From NCBI GenBank assembly GCA_964529725.1, contig CAZGXV010000001.1:106458-170457 (forward strand): DNA of 64,000 nucleotides, read 5' to 3'. Shown here one piece after another: positions 47,260-56,046 of this stretch. Made by a program: the position numbers and the translations under genes. The notes below the pieces were generated by a model, which did not search any database, was not told the DNA's origin, and saw only the letters and a program-made list of their open reading frames with translations. The DNA is from an uncultured Roseibacillus sp. Lineage in GTDB: Bacteria > Verrucomicrobiota > Verrucomicrobiia > Verrucomicrobiales > Akkermansiaceae. Within the stretch, counting starts at the first letter, position 1, and each line of letters starts with the position of its first letter.

Positions 47260-48024
47260 ATGCCGATTGCACCCGACCGGACTCGTGTTGAATCCATCTT
47301 CATCCGCCATCGCAACACTCTGATGGTGCGCGCTAACTTCACCGACATCTTCACTGATCACTACCTGCACCTTTCTGACCAAAAGCTGAGATATGCCCCC
47401 GACCTCGACCTGAAGCTCAAGGAGCTTCTCGTGGTGCTGACCTTGCATGCGGTGGCCCGCCCGTGGTCCGAGGTGCATGCTTGGACCGTCAACCTGCGTG
47501 CTCCTCGTGTCAACTTTTTCGCCACTGCTTCCAGTAATGGTGAAAATGTTGTGGGTCGGGTTTTCACCGAAGACGTTCGCGAACCTCCCCAAAACCTGCT
47601 CTACACGCAAGTGACCGATACGAATTGCGAAGCGCGACGCTCAACAGTGGCTTTGGAAACGGAAAATCCCTTCGAGTGGTTGGAGCATTTCTATGCTCAA
47701 TCCGAGCAGCGACCGGGAAAAATCTTCGAACTCCCCGACGAGAACTTTGTTCTATTGGCAGCACAACCAGACTATGATCAAGAGTGGTTCGAGAACCTGA
47801 CTACCGAAGCAGTAGCAGAGTTTGCAAATACCGAGAATCTTTCATCGCTCGAGAATCGTGCCTTCCGCTTTTTTTGCGGCTGTAATCGCGAGCGCATCAT
47901 GCCTGCTCTCGCAGTGTGGAAAGACAAACTCGACGAACTCTTTGGAAACGATGAAGAAATTTCCGTACAATGCCCCCGCTGCGCAGCGAAGCACGCCATC
48001 ACGCGCAAGGACTTTGCCGCTTAA
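47260..48024 (+). CDS. hslO: Hsp33 family redox-regulated chaperone
   Basis: C-terminal FFCGCNRERI...VQCPRC zinc centre. Start set at ATG 47260 to avoid overlap. Confidence 0.8.
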   Translation: MPIAPDRTRVESIFIRHRNTLMVRANFTDIFTDHYLHLSDQKLRYAPDLDLKLKELLVVLTLHAVARPWSEVHAWTVNLRAPRVNFFATASSNGENVVGRVFTEDVREPPQNLLYTQVTDTNCEARRSTVALETENPFEWLEHFYAQSEQRPGKIFELPDENFVLLAAQPDYDQEWFENLTTEAVAEFANTENLSSLENRAFRFFCGCNRERIMPALAVWKDKLDELFGNDEEISVQCPRCAAKHAITRKDFAA

Positions 48025-48037
48025 CGAAAAAGAGAGT

Positions 48038-48748
48038 CTATTTTTGGGGAGAAAACCCGGTGTAAACGGAGGCGATCCCTCCGCTCAATGGACGAGCGGC
48101 GGCCTGCTCAAATCCCGCCTTTTCGAACAACTCCACCATGGCGGGGCCGCTCGGAAACTTCTCGATTGTGCCGGCTAGGTATTCGAATGCTTGTCCTTCG
48201 CCAGTGAGCAGTCCCGCAATCTTTGGCAGCACTCGATTGAGGTAGAATCCATAGGGCTTTCCGAGGGGGCCTTTGGGCAAAGAGAAATCGAGCACGAGTA
48301 AATGTCCGCCTTGGCAAACGCGGGCCATCTCGCGCAAACCCGCTTCCCAATCAGCCATATTCCGGAGCCCGAAGGCCACCGTCACAACATCGAAAGCACC
48401 ATCTTCGTAGGGCAAACTCAAAGCATCAGCGACCTGCGTTAGCTTGATGCCCCGGCGTCCGGCATGAGCGAGCATTTCCTCGCAAAAGTCAGTAGCGACG
48501 ATTTCAGAATCCGGGCACACCTTTTGCATCTCCAAAGCCAAATCACCTGTGCCCGTGGCCACGTCGAGAATGCGTTTGGGCTCCCAAGCCTTCACCATTC
48601 GCGCCACCTTTCGTCGCCAGAGAATATCGGTTCCTGCGCTCAAGACGTGGTTGGTGACCACATATCGATCCGCGATTTTGGCGAAGGCCTCTCTGACAAA
48701 GCCAGCATCCTGCCCTCCGCTCTGGGCGATTTCTCTTCCTTCCCCCAT
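48038..48748 (-). CDS. ubiE: Ubiquinone/menaquinone biosynthesis C-methyltransferase
   Basis: FAKIADRY..TNHVLSAG.D..WRR, DVATGTGDLA, FGLRN, YLAGTI. Confidence 0.88.
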   Translation of the reverse strand: MGEGREIAQSGGQDAGFVREAFAKIADRYVVTNHVLSAGTDILWRRKVARMVKAWEPKRILDVATGTGDLALEMQKVCPDSEIVATDFCEEMLAHAGRRGIKLTQVADALSLPYEDGAFDVVTVAFGLRNMADWEAGLREMARVCQGGHLLVLDFSLPKGPLGKPYGFYLNRVLPKIAGLLTGEGQAFEYLAGTIEKFPSGPAMVELFEKAGFEQAAARPLSGGIASVYTGFSPQK

Positions 48749-49245
48749 TAGGAATTTCCTTTCGCTACCGGAGGTTCTGGCAAGATATCCTGATAGATTC
48801 CAGGGTCACTTCCCGGGATCTCAACCGCCCCACAGGCCTTCTCATAGAACTCGCGCGGGCCTACCCCTCCGATGAATCCGTAGGCATAACCAAGGTCACG
48901 GAGACCTTCCAACGCTTTGAATAAGAGGGCCTTTCCAACTCCCTTTCCGCGAGCGGCCTCACCCACTCCAGTGGGTCCAAAGTAGGCTTTGCAAGTGGTA
49001 TCGTAGCAGGAGAATCCTAGAATTTCTTTGTCCTTGGTCGCGATGAAGCAAGTGGCTGGCTGATGAGTCATCGCCACCTCGACCTCACTCACCCACTTGG
49101 GAGAAAAATGCTCTCCCACCCATGTCGTCACGAGATGCTTCTCGTAGACACCGGGTCGCCGGAGGATAATTCCTTCTTCCTCCACCCGTCGGTAGGTGGA
49201 CTCCATTTCCGGCAAATCATAAAGCCGGACGAGCATATCAATCAT
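48748..49245 (-). CDS. GNAT family N-acetyltransferase
   Basis: MIDMLVRLYDLP start; FGPTGV.E..RGKGVG acetyl-CoA motif; FYEK. Confidence 0.88.
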   Translation of the reverse strand: MIDMLVRLYDLPEMESTYRRVEEEGIILRRPGVYEKHLVTTWVGEHFSPKWVSEVEVAMTHQPATCFIATKDKEILGFSCYDTTCKAYFGPTGVGEAARGKGVGKALLFKALEGLRDLGYAYGFIGGVGPREFYEKACGAVEIPGSDPGIYQDILPEPPVAKGNS

Positions 49246-49371
49246 GCCCGAACTTAGCTCTCCCGCTTCTTCCCGCAACGTCAATTCCCGCCAGTTCAGT
49301 TCGGTGGCGCAAGTCACCTCCTGATTGGTTACCCGTTTGCGGTCTCTCTGTATTCGGCCTACACTCCGCGC

Positions 49372-49689
49372 GTGATTCCCGATGACGAAACCCGGCCCCT
49401 GCCGCCCGACCAGCGGCTTGACGCGACCCTCCGGGTCATTGTGGGAGCAATCATTCTCGTGGGCGGCGGATTCCTCGTGCTGGAATTTGTTCACTGGCTC
49501 GTCAACGGTGGCCTGCGGCCCTTTCTCACCGGAGCCGCCTTCACGATCGCCTTTTTCTTTTTGATGATACTCTGGTCGCGACTTCTGGCTCACGGCGGCC
49601 GTTCCCTTCGTCGAAGACCATCCCTCTATGCTCTTTTGGGCCTCGTTACCGCCCTTGGCATCCTTCTCCAGCACTTTTTAATGAGCTAA
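49372..49689 (+). CDS. Small hypothetical membrane protein (3 TM)
   Basis: Three hydrophobic helices; occupies otherwise empty space once the GNAT start is corrected. Confidence 0.6.
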   Translation: MIPDDETRPLPPDQRLDATLRVIVGAIILVGGGFLVLEFVHWLVNGGLRPFLTGAAFTIAFFFLMILWSRLLAHGGRSLRRRPSLYALLGLVTALGILLQHFLMS

Positions 49690-49787
49690 TTATTAGTTTT
49701 AGCTGACAAACTACATTCGCTCACTACTTGACCAAAGGCGGCATTTCTCAGCATCTTGTCGGTTCGGGAAACCCCTCGACCATCGAC

Positions 49788-51068
49788 ATGAATATCCACC
49801 AAAAAACTATCTGTAAGGGTGCCATTCTTGGCTCCATGCTCTCTGCCCCCCTTCTGCCAGGAGCCGGTTTTCAACTTGCCGAGCGCTCTGCGTCCGGCCT
49901 TGGTCGAGCCTTTTCCGGTGAAGCAGCCATCGCCGATGATGCCTCCGTCATCGCCTCAAACCCTGCGGCTCTGATCATGCTGGGTGGCGAGTGGAATTTC
50001 TCGACCGGAGTTTCCTACATCGAGCCAGGTGCCGATGCCACCCTCTTCCCCGCGCTCACAGGGGGCAATGCCGGCCAACGACTCGAGGACGACGACATCG
50101 CCGAGAGCGCCGTGGTGCCCTACTTCTACGCCAGTAAGCGCTTGAGCGAAAATCTTGTCGCGGGCTTCGGCACCTTCACCACCTACGGGCTCCGAACCGA
50201 TTACAGTCAGAGCGTCGCTGACCAGATTGGAACCAACTACTCTGAAATCACGACCATCAATTTCAACCCCAGCCTCAGTTACCGGATCAACGATGTTGTC
50301 AGCATTGGTGCAGGCTTCAACGTGATGTATGCTGAAGGCGAGATCACGGCCAATTCTGTCGCCCTTCCACCTGCCTTCGGAGGCCCGACTCCCGCCTTTG
50401 GGCTCGAGGGAGACGATTGGGGCTTTGGTTACAATTTGGGTATTCTCTTCGAACTTTCTGAAAACACCCGAGTGGGCTTGAGCTATCGTTCGAAAATCGA
50501 CCTCGATCTCGAAGGCTCGGCTCGACTCTCCACGCTCGGACCTGGCTCCGTTCCTGGGGACCTCTCAGTCGAGCTCCCTGCGACTGCCGAGTTCAGTATT
50601 TTTCATCAAGTGAATGACAAGTGGGCTGTCCATGGTGATGTATTTTGGACGCAGTGGAGTGTTTTTGAAACCCTCGCTCCGCAGGTTTCGACTGGAAACG
50701 CGCTGATAGACGCGGGAGTGGCGAATGAACTTCGCACACCGGAGAACTGGAACGATGCTTTCCGCTACTCTCTTGGAGCCACTTATCAACACAACGATTG
50801 TTGGACTTTCCGCGCCGGGGTGGCCTATGACGAGAGCCCCGTTGATGACGAGTTCCGCACCCTCCGGATCCCCGATGGCGACCGCGTCTGGCTGAGCTTC
50901 GGTGCTAGCTACGAGGTCAACGACAACATCACAGTCGATGCTGGATATTCCTACGTGCTGGTGGAAGAAGTCAGCTTGGGAGAGAACGATCGCGGCCTCA
51001 TTGACACCGATAGCATTGGCGAAGGAAACATCCATCTCTTTGCTCTTGGCGTCAGCGGCAGCTTTTAA
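49788..51068 (+). CDS. fadL: OmpP1/FadL family outer-membrane long-chain fatty acid/hydrophobic compound channel
   Basis: AGFQLAERSASGLGRAFSG, NPAAL, FRAGVAYDESP, IPDGDR.WLS.G, terminal Phe. Confidence 0.92.
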   Translation: MNIHQKTICKGAILGSMLSAPLLPGAGFQLAERSASGLGRAFSGEAAIADDASVIASNPAALIMLGGEWNFSTGVSYIEPGADATLFPALTGGNAGQRLEDDDIAESAVVPYFYASKRLSENLVAGFGTFTTYGLRTDYSQSVADQIGTNYSEITTINFNPSLSYRINDVVSIGAGFNVMYAEGEITANSVALPPAFGGPTPAFGLEGDDWGFGYNLGILFELSENTRVGLSYRSKIDLDLEGSARLSTLGPGSVPGDLSVELPATAEFSIFHQVNDKWAVHGDVFWTQWSVFETLAPQVSTGNALIDAGVANELRTPENWNDAFRYSLGATYQHNDCWTFRAGVAYDESPVDDEFRTLRIPDGDRVWLSFGASYEVNDNITVDAGYSYVLVEEVSLGENDRGLIDTDSIGEGNIHLFALGVSGSF

Positions 51069-51098
51069 TTAAGACAGTTACATTTTATCCTTTCATTT

Positions 51099-51134
51099 AA
51101 ATCGAACTCTATTTATTGAGTTCGATTTTTATTT
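51099..51134 (+). terminator. Rho-independent terminator-like hairpin after fadL
   Basis: Perfect 11-bp stem AAATCGAACTC/GAGTTCGATTT with 8-nt loop, followed by a T-rich tract. The stem is AT-rich. Confidence 0.65.
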
Positions 51135-51179
51135 ATATATTTTTAAATCTCGAGCTATATTCAAGATGTTTTCACCCCC

Positions 51180-52232
51180 ATGTCTACTCTTGCAAAGAAC
51201 CTTTTACGCCGCCGCAGGTATGCCGATATTATTGTAGCCGACCGGAAGCCGACCTTGGGAGATGTTCTCCCCGAATGGCTGGACACTGTTAATGTCTTCA
51301 AAAACCGCGAAGCCTTCACGACTTGGATCTGGCTAGCCCAGCACTTGTTGGGGCTGGTGGCTGGGGTCTTCTTTTTCAGCTATTACCTGAGTTGGACAGG
51401 CGTTCTTTGGTGGCTGGGATTTGCTCTCATCAACGCTCACTTCTTTCACACCTTTTGGTACCACCGCTTCTGCTCGCATCGAGCCTTTAAATTTCGAAGA
51501 CAATGGTTCGCGAAGCTCATCTACTGGCTCAACCCCCTCATGATCAAAGAGGAAACTTACGTTATTCCTCACTTCGTTCACCACAAGATATCAGACACTC
51601 CCGGCGACCCCTACGGTCCTCGCAATGGTTATTGGGGCAGCTTTTCGGCGACCGAGTCCGCCAACTTTTTCAACCGCGAGATGTTGCCCAAAGAAGCGAC
51701 CTTCTGCCTGCGCTTCCTTTCTAGTATTCCTTCCACTTGGAACACGGAGGAGAGCTTCCGCGCCACTGGTTCTTTCGAAAAAACCTGGTGCTATCCCCTT
51801 CGTTTTGTGGTCTGCAATGCTTTCTGGGTAACGCTCTTTCTTCTCTTGGGCCGACCTGACCTTCTCGCTGCATTCTACTTCGGGGCCGTCACCTTTCTCT
51901 TCATCATGCGCGATTTCAACTTTCGGGGTCACGACGAAGAGAGTGAGCACGAGCCCAAGCTCGATAACAAATCCCTAGCGGTCAACCAGTGGTTCTACGG
52001 TATCCTTGCCAGCGAGTGGCACGACAACCACCACCGCTTCAGCACGAGTGCAAAGAGCGGTTTTGCGAAGAGAGAGCTCGATATCAGCTTTGCCATCACC
52101 CGGCTGCTGCACAAGGTCGGTGTTCTTGAGTCCTACGTCGATAGCAGTCGCGGTTACGAACGTGAAATTATTCGGGTGAAGTCACGGCGGCAATCGCAAG
52201 CATTCTCGACAAGTCTTCGACGGTCGGAATAG
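51180..52232 (+). CDS. Membrane fatty acid desaturase (Delta9-like)
   Basis: His boxes HTFWYHRFCSH, HFVHH(KISD) and EWHDNHH; D.PGDPY/HGP; TM segments. Confidence 0.9.
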   Translation: MSTLAKNLLRRRRYADIIVADRKPTLGDVLPEWLDTVNVFKNREAFTTWIWLAQHLLGLVAGVFFFSYYLSWTGVLWWLGFALINAHFFHTFWYHRFCSHRAFKFRRQWFAKLIYWLNPLMIKEETYVIPHFVHHKISDTPGDPYGPRNGYWGSFSATESANFFNREMLPKEATFCLRFLSSIPSTWNTEESFRATGSFEKTWCYPLRFVVCNAFWVTLFLLLGRPDLLAAFYFGAVTFLFIMRDFNFRGHDEESEHEPKLDNKSLAVNQWFYGILASEWHDNHHRFSTSAKSGFAKRELDISFAITRLLHKVGVLESYVDSSRGYEREIIRVKSRRQSQAFSTSLRRSE

Positions 52233-52240
52233 AGTCAGGC

Positions 52241-53197
52241 GTGAAAGCCAAAACAGTCCAAGCCGTCACCGTTGGTGATTTCTATTCGCGCCATAAGGAT
52301 GAATTGGAACTCTCCCTCATCGGCGAGGAGTATGGCTTCGACGAACTCATCCGAGAGCCTGCGCCCAATCGGCCCGGCCTCGCGCTTGCGGGCTTTTTCA
52401 CCTATTTTGCGAAGAAACGGGTGCAAGTGCTGGGTAACTCAGAACTTTCCTACCTCAAGAAACTCGACGACAAAACGCGGAGCAAACGCTTCCAAGCTTT
52501 CTGCGAGCAGCGCCCCCCTTGTCTCGTGCTCGCTCGCAATCATCCCTTGGCCGACGAACTCATCGACACCGCTCGCGCGGAGAATATTCCTTTGTTTACT
52601 TCGCCAATGGTGACGATGAAGTTTCTCAACATTGCGACGCGGTGTTTGGAATCGGACTTCGCACCTACCACCACGATGCATGGGGTGATGGTTGATTACC
52701 GCGGAATCGGCATCCTCATTATGGGAAGCTCCGGTGCGGGAAAAAGTGAAACTGCAATTGGTCTTCTTGAAAAAGGAGCGGCTTTGGTCGCGGATGACAT
52801 GGTTCATTTGCAAAATCTGGGAGGCGAGCTCATTGCCTCTTCTCCCGAGCTCTCGCGCGGCTACATCGAGATGCGCGGAATTGGCATTATCAATGTAGCC
52901 AACCTCTATGGACTCTCCGCGATCCGACCGCAGAAGCGCCTCGACATGGTGGTGACGCTCAAGGGACAGGCTGACCTGAATGAGGTGGATCGACTCGGCA
53001 TTAAGCGCAAGAAACTGGATATCCTCGGTATCAAGGTGCCCAATGTCGAAATCCCGGTTGCCCCTGGTCGCGATACCGCTCGTCTGGTGTCGGTTGCCGC
53101 GCTCGACCTGCAACTTCGCAAATTGGGTTACGACATGGCCGACGAGTTTAATCAAAGACTCTTGGCAAAAATGAACCCTGACCTTAAGGACGATTGA
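52241..53197 (+). CDS. hprK: HPr kinase/phosphorylase
   Basis: NRPGLALAGF, HGVMVD, GSSGAGKSE, LVADD, EMRGIGIIN, IPVAPGRD. Confidence 0.97.
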   Translation: MKAKTVQAVTVGDFYSRHKDELELSLIGEEYGFDELIREPAPNRPGLALAGFFTYFAKKRVQVLGNSELSYLKKLDDKTRSKRFQAFCEQRPPCLVLARNHPLADELIDTARAENIPLFTSPMVTMKFLNIATRCLESDFAPTTTMHGVMVDYRGIGILIMGSSGAGKSETAIGLLEKGAALVADDMVHLQNLGGELIASSPELSRGYIEMRGIGIINVANLYGLSAIRPQKRLDMVVTLKGQADLNEVDRLGIKRKKLDILGIKVPNVEIPVAPGRDTARLVSVAALDLQLRKLGYDMADEFNQRLLAKMNPDLKDD

Positions 53198-54030
53198 TGA
53201 GCGACTCTTTGCCCCAGTCCATCCCTCTGCTTGGTCTCACCCATCTGCGCTTTGCGGGTCCTGATGCCGAGCGTTATCTCAACGGGCAGGTCACCCAACA
53301 GGTAGCCGGGCTTGCCATTGGAGACTCTCGTTACACCTTCGTGTGCGACGCCAAGGGCCGGGTGCTCTTCGATGCCTCCATCTATCGCGATGAAGAAGGC
53401 TTTCTCCTGAGCATCGCAGGTGGCGTTGGCGAAGAGCACTTTGCTCGCATGGACCGTTACCTAATCGCGGACGACTGCGAGCTGAGCGATGAAAGCGAGC
53501 GTTGGACTATCCTGCACGAACCAATCAATGAACCTTATGACGGTGATGTAATCAATCGCTTCGGCTTTGCGGGCAAAGACAGATTCCTCGAAGGCGAAGC
53601 CAAGCTGGCTCTGAGCGAAAAAACGCCCTCGTATCAGGAGCTCGAGAATCTACGTCTCCTTCATGCGGTCCCTCGGCTGGCAGACTTGCAAGGTGCTCTC
53701 CCTGCCGAGACCGACCGAGAAGACCAAGCAGTCTCTTTTCACAAGGGCTGCTACCTGGGACAGGAAGTGATTTCCCGCATGAAACGAGCGGGCAAAACCA
53801 ACCGCAAGCTAACCTCGGTTTTGCTCAGCGAATCCAACAGCGATCTCCCTCTTCTTTTTCGTCAAAATGACTCCGAGAAGACACTACTCGAAGTCACCTC
53901 AGTATCAACGATTGCTTGCGAATCCGGCTATCCTGCCCTGGGTTACTTGAGCACTCGCGTGAGTGATCTTTCCGGCCTTACCAGCCCTCAGGGCATCACA
54001 GCGAGTCTGAAAAATGAGAGGAACTTGTAA
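53197..54030 (+). CDS. ygfZ: Folate-binding protein YgfZ/GcvT-like
   Basis: GPDAERYLNGQVT, VSFHKGCYLGQEVISR signature. Confidence 0.92.
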   Translation: MSDSLPQSIPLLGLTHLRFAGPDAERYLNGQVTQQVAGLAIGDSRYTFVCDAKGRVLFDASIYRDEEGFLLSIAGGVGEEHFARMDRYLIADDCELSDESERWTILHEPINEPYDGDVINRFGFAGKDRFLEGEAKLALSEKTPSYQELENLRLLHAVPRLADLQGALPAETDREDQAVSFHKGCYLGQEVISRMKRAGKTNRKLTSVLLSESNSDLPLLFRQNDSEKTLLEVTSVSTIACESGYPALGYLSTRVSDLSGLTSPQGITASLKNERNL

Positions 54031-54044
54031 ACAAGCGCGGCAAA

Positions 54045-54446
54045 TCAATCGCGACGAATGCGGATGACGGTTTCACCCGGCACATAGAGGTCGAGCAAAT
54101 CGCGGCCGCGAGTTTCTTGGAACTCTAGATCATTGCGAATGGCGCTCAGTTCGCGCTTCTTTTGATCCACTTCAGCGAGAGCGACGGTCTCTTGGTCTTG
54201 AGTTTCCTCAAGCTCGACTTGGAGACGCTTCAGCTCCTTCCATTGTGGGAAAACGGTCACTCCGACCGCAATGCAAATGAGCACCATAAGAACCACAAAG
54301 GCACTGCGATTGAGGAAGGCAATGCTCTTAGTGCGTGCTTCCATGACCTGACGACTCGGCTTGCGACCCGACTTCCGACCCGACTTCTGTTTGCGAGCCG
54401 CCGCTCCCTGCGGTTGACGTCGGGTTGTTTTTTTACGCGCAGCCAT
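54045..54446 (-). CDS. ftsB: Septum formation initiator (FtsB/DivIC family)
   Basis: Basic N-terminus, one TM, coiled coil, D.EFQE..GRD.L.LY.PGETVI. Confidence 0.75.
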   Translation of the reverse strand: MAARKKTTRRQPQGAAARKQKSGRKSGRKPSRQVMEARTKSIAFLNRSAFVVLMVLICIAVGVTVFPQWKELKRLQVELEETQDQETVALAEVDQKKRELSAIRNDLEFQETRGRDLLDLYVPGETVIRIRRD

Positions 54447-54546
54447 TTCCCCCGAAGGATGCCCGAATTCATTAAGTTTTGCAAAGTAAAAAGACAAGTC
54501 GCTAGCGCAGGGCGACCAAGCTAGGGACCTAGTTTCTCTCTTTAGC

Positions 54547-54732
54547 CAATTCTTGGACCAAGATGGATAGGATAGATTGGATTTTTTGATGGAAAAACCT
54601 GAGCCGCGAACTTTTGAAGGGAATGGCACTTCAAAACTCGGCTCAGAACGACGAGTTTGAGTTCTTAAATGTGGTTCATCCAATCCATCCTGGTCTCATT
54701 TCACCGAATTCTTCCCTAGCTTGATCGTCCTG
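54547..54732. repeat. Full copy of dispersed ~170-190 bp intergenic repeat with nested inverted repeats
   Basis: Aligns with 62229-62393 and 42637-42712. Outer IR AGGATAGATTGGAT (54569-54582) / ATCCAATCCATCCT (54678-54691); inner hairpin 54601-54644. Confidence 0.8.
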
Positions 54733-54736
54733 TTCG

Positions 54737-55408
54737 CTAGCGCCCTGCCTCTGCAATGATTTGGAGAGCCTCTTCCACGCCCGGATCGTTCAGCTTGAGA
54801 GCCTTGGCTTTTAAGAAACACTCTTTGGCAGACTCGGACTCTTCCTGCTCGTGAAGAATCATTCCTTTTTCATACCAAGCAAGAGCCAGAGTTCCATCCA
54901 AGGTAATCGCGCTTTCAAAGGCTGAAAGAGCCTCGGAAAGCTGCTGATTGAGTCGCAATACCCTCCCGCGGAGATACCAAACTTGGGGCTCATCCGGTAA
55001 AAGCTCGACTGCCTTTGCGGAGGCTTCCAATGCATCCTTGTGGTAACTGCCTTCCATCAAGTTGGCAGCATAACTGGCCCACACTTCACCTCTCTCGGGA
55101 GCAAGCTCCAGTGCACTCTCACAGGCTGTCACCGCTTTATTCCAGCTTTGAGCAGCAGCGGCTTCGGAGGCTTTCATGAGGAGGGCATCGACCTCATCCA
55201 AGCCAAATTCCTCCGCCTTAGCCTTGGCGCTGGCAGCGTCTTCTGGGCGCCCGGCCTGCCCCAGCAGCATGGCATAGAGCTGCCAAAAACCGCCGTCCTT
55301 GGAGTCGTGCATCAAAGCTGACTCAATTGCCTCAAGAGCCGTGTTCAAGTCTCCCGCTTCGACAGCGTCGAGAGCGCGGTTATAGTCATCATCTCCTTCG
55401 GAAGGCAT
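54737..55408 (-). CDS. Tetratricopeptide repeat protein
   Basis: Repeated TPR patterns (AIESAL..DSKDGGFW, ALELAPERGEVW, AVELLPDEPQVWY.RG, AWYEKG). Confidence 0.85.
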   Translation of the reverse strand: MPSEGDDDYNRALDAVEAGDLNTALEAIESALMHDSKDGGFWQLYAMLLGQAGRPEDAASAKAKAEEFGLDEVDALLMKASEAAAAQSWNKAVTACESALELAPERGEVWASYAANLMEGSYHKDALEASAKAVELLPDEPQVWYLRGRVLRLNQQLSEALSAFESAITLDGTLALAWYEKGMILHEQEESESAKECFLKAKALKLNDPGVEEALQIIAEAGR

Positions 55409-55492
55409 GGCCCATTCCTTTCTGGAATCCCATGCAGGAACAAGCAAAAAGGAGCTCTTCGGTGTCTGTTGAGGGAACGGGCTTTGCGCAAT

Positions 55493-55951
55493 TCACTTCT
55501 CAAGAATTGCCATCACCGATGCCCGGTCGGGAGCACTGGCCAAAGATTGACGCACTTCGCAGCTTAAAAATCGGCGTCCGATATCAGCGAGAGTCAGGAG
55601 ATGTTGGCCCCGTTTGTCCTCTGGAATCAGAAGCATGACCACAAAATGAACCGGAGCATGGTCGCAGGCATCGAATTCAATGCCACCTTCAGAACGCCCG
55701 AAAATAGCCACGGCCTCACTCAGGCCCTCGAGGTAGGCATGAGGAATGGCCACTCCGCATCCCACCCCAGTGCTCACTTCTTCCTGACGGCATTGCAACG
55801 CTTGAATCGCTTGCTCGCGAATTCCGTTTTGAAGCACTCCTTGTTCGGTGAAGTATCCTACGAGTTCTTCCATCACCTCGCTACAAGTTTGGGCTTGGAT
55901 ATCCAAGTAAACTCGCTGCTCGGTAAGAAGGTTTGCCAGTTTCATACTCAA
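55493..55951 (-). CDS. PTS EIIA component (Ntr/fructose-mannitol type)
   Basis: STGVGCGVAIPHA with the phospho-His; FDACDHAPVHFVVML. Confidence 0.9.
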   Translation of the reverse strand: MSMKLANLLTEQRVYLDIQAQTCSEVMEELVGYFTEQGVLQNGIREQAIQALQCRQEEVSTGVGCGVAIPHAYLEGLSEAVAIFGRSEGGIEFDACDHAPVHFVVMLLIPEDKRGQHLLTLADIGRRFLSCEVRQSLASAPDRASVMAILEK

Positions 55952-56046
55952 GGATAGCCCCGGGACAGCTTGGTGTCCGGCGGGTGGCGTGAATTAGCGG
56001 GAGGAGAAAGCCCATTCAAGCTTCGAATTCTCTCTCCCCTCGCCCG

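Noticed and set aside
49246-49674. N-terminal extension of the GNAT ORF to 308 aa
   Set aside because: The GNAT fold starts at MIDMLVRL (49245); the extension overlaps a plausible 3-TM gene on the + strand.
54623-54640. TGGCAC in the repeat hairpin loop as a sigma54 -24 box (attractive because PEP-CTERM genes can be sigma54-controlled)
   Set aside because: No TTGC -12 element at the required spacing in either copy.
54447-54683. N-terminal extension of the FtsB-like ORF to 212 aa
   Set aside because: It runs through the non-coding dispersed repeat; ATG 54446 gives a normal-sized protein.
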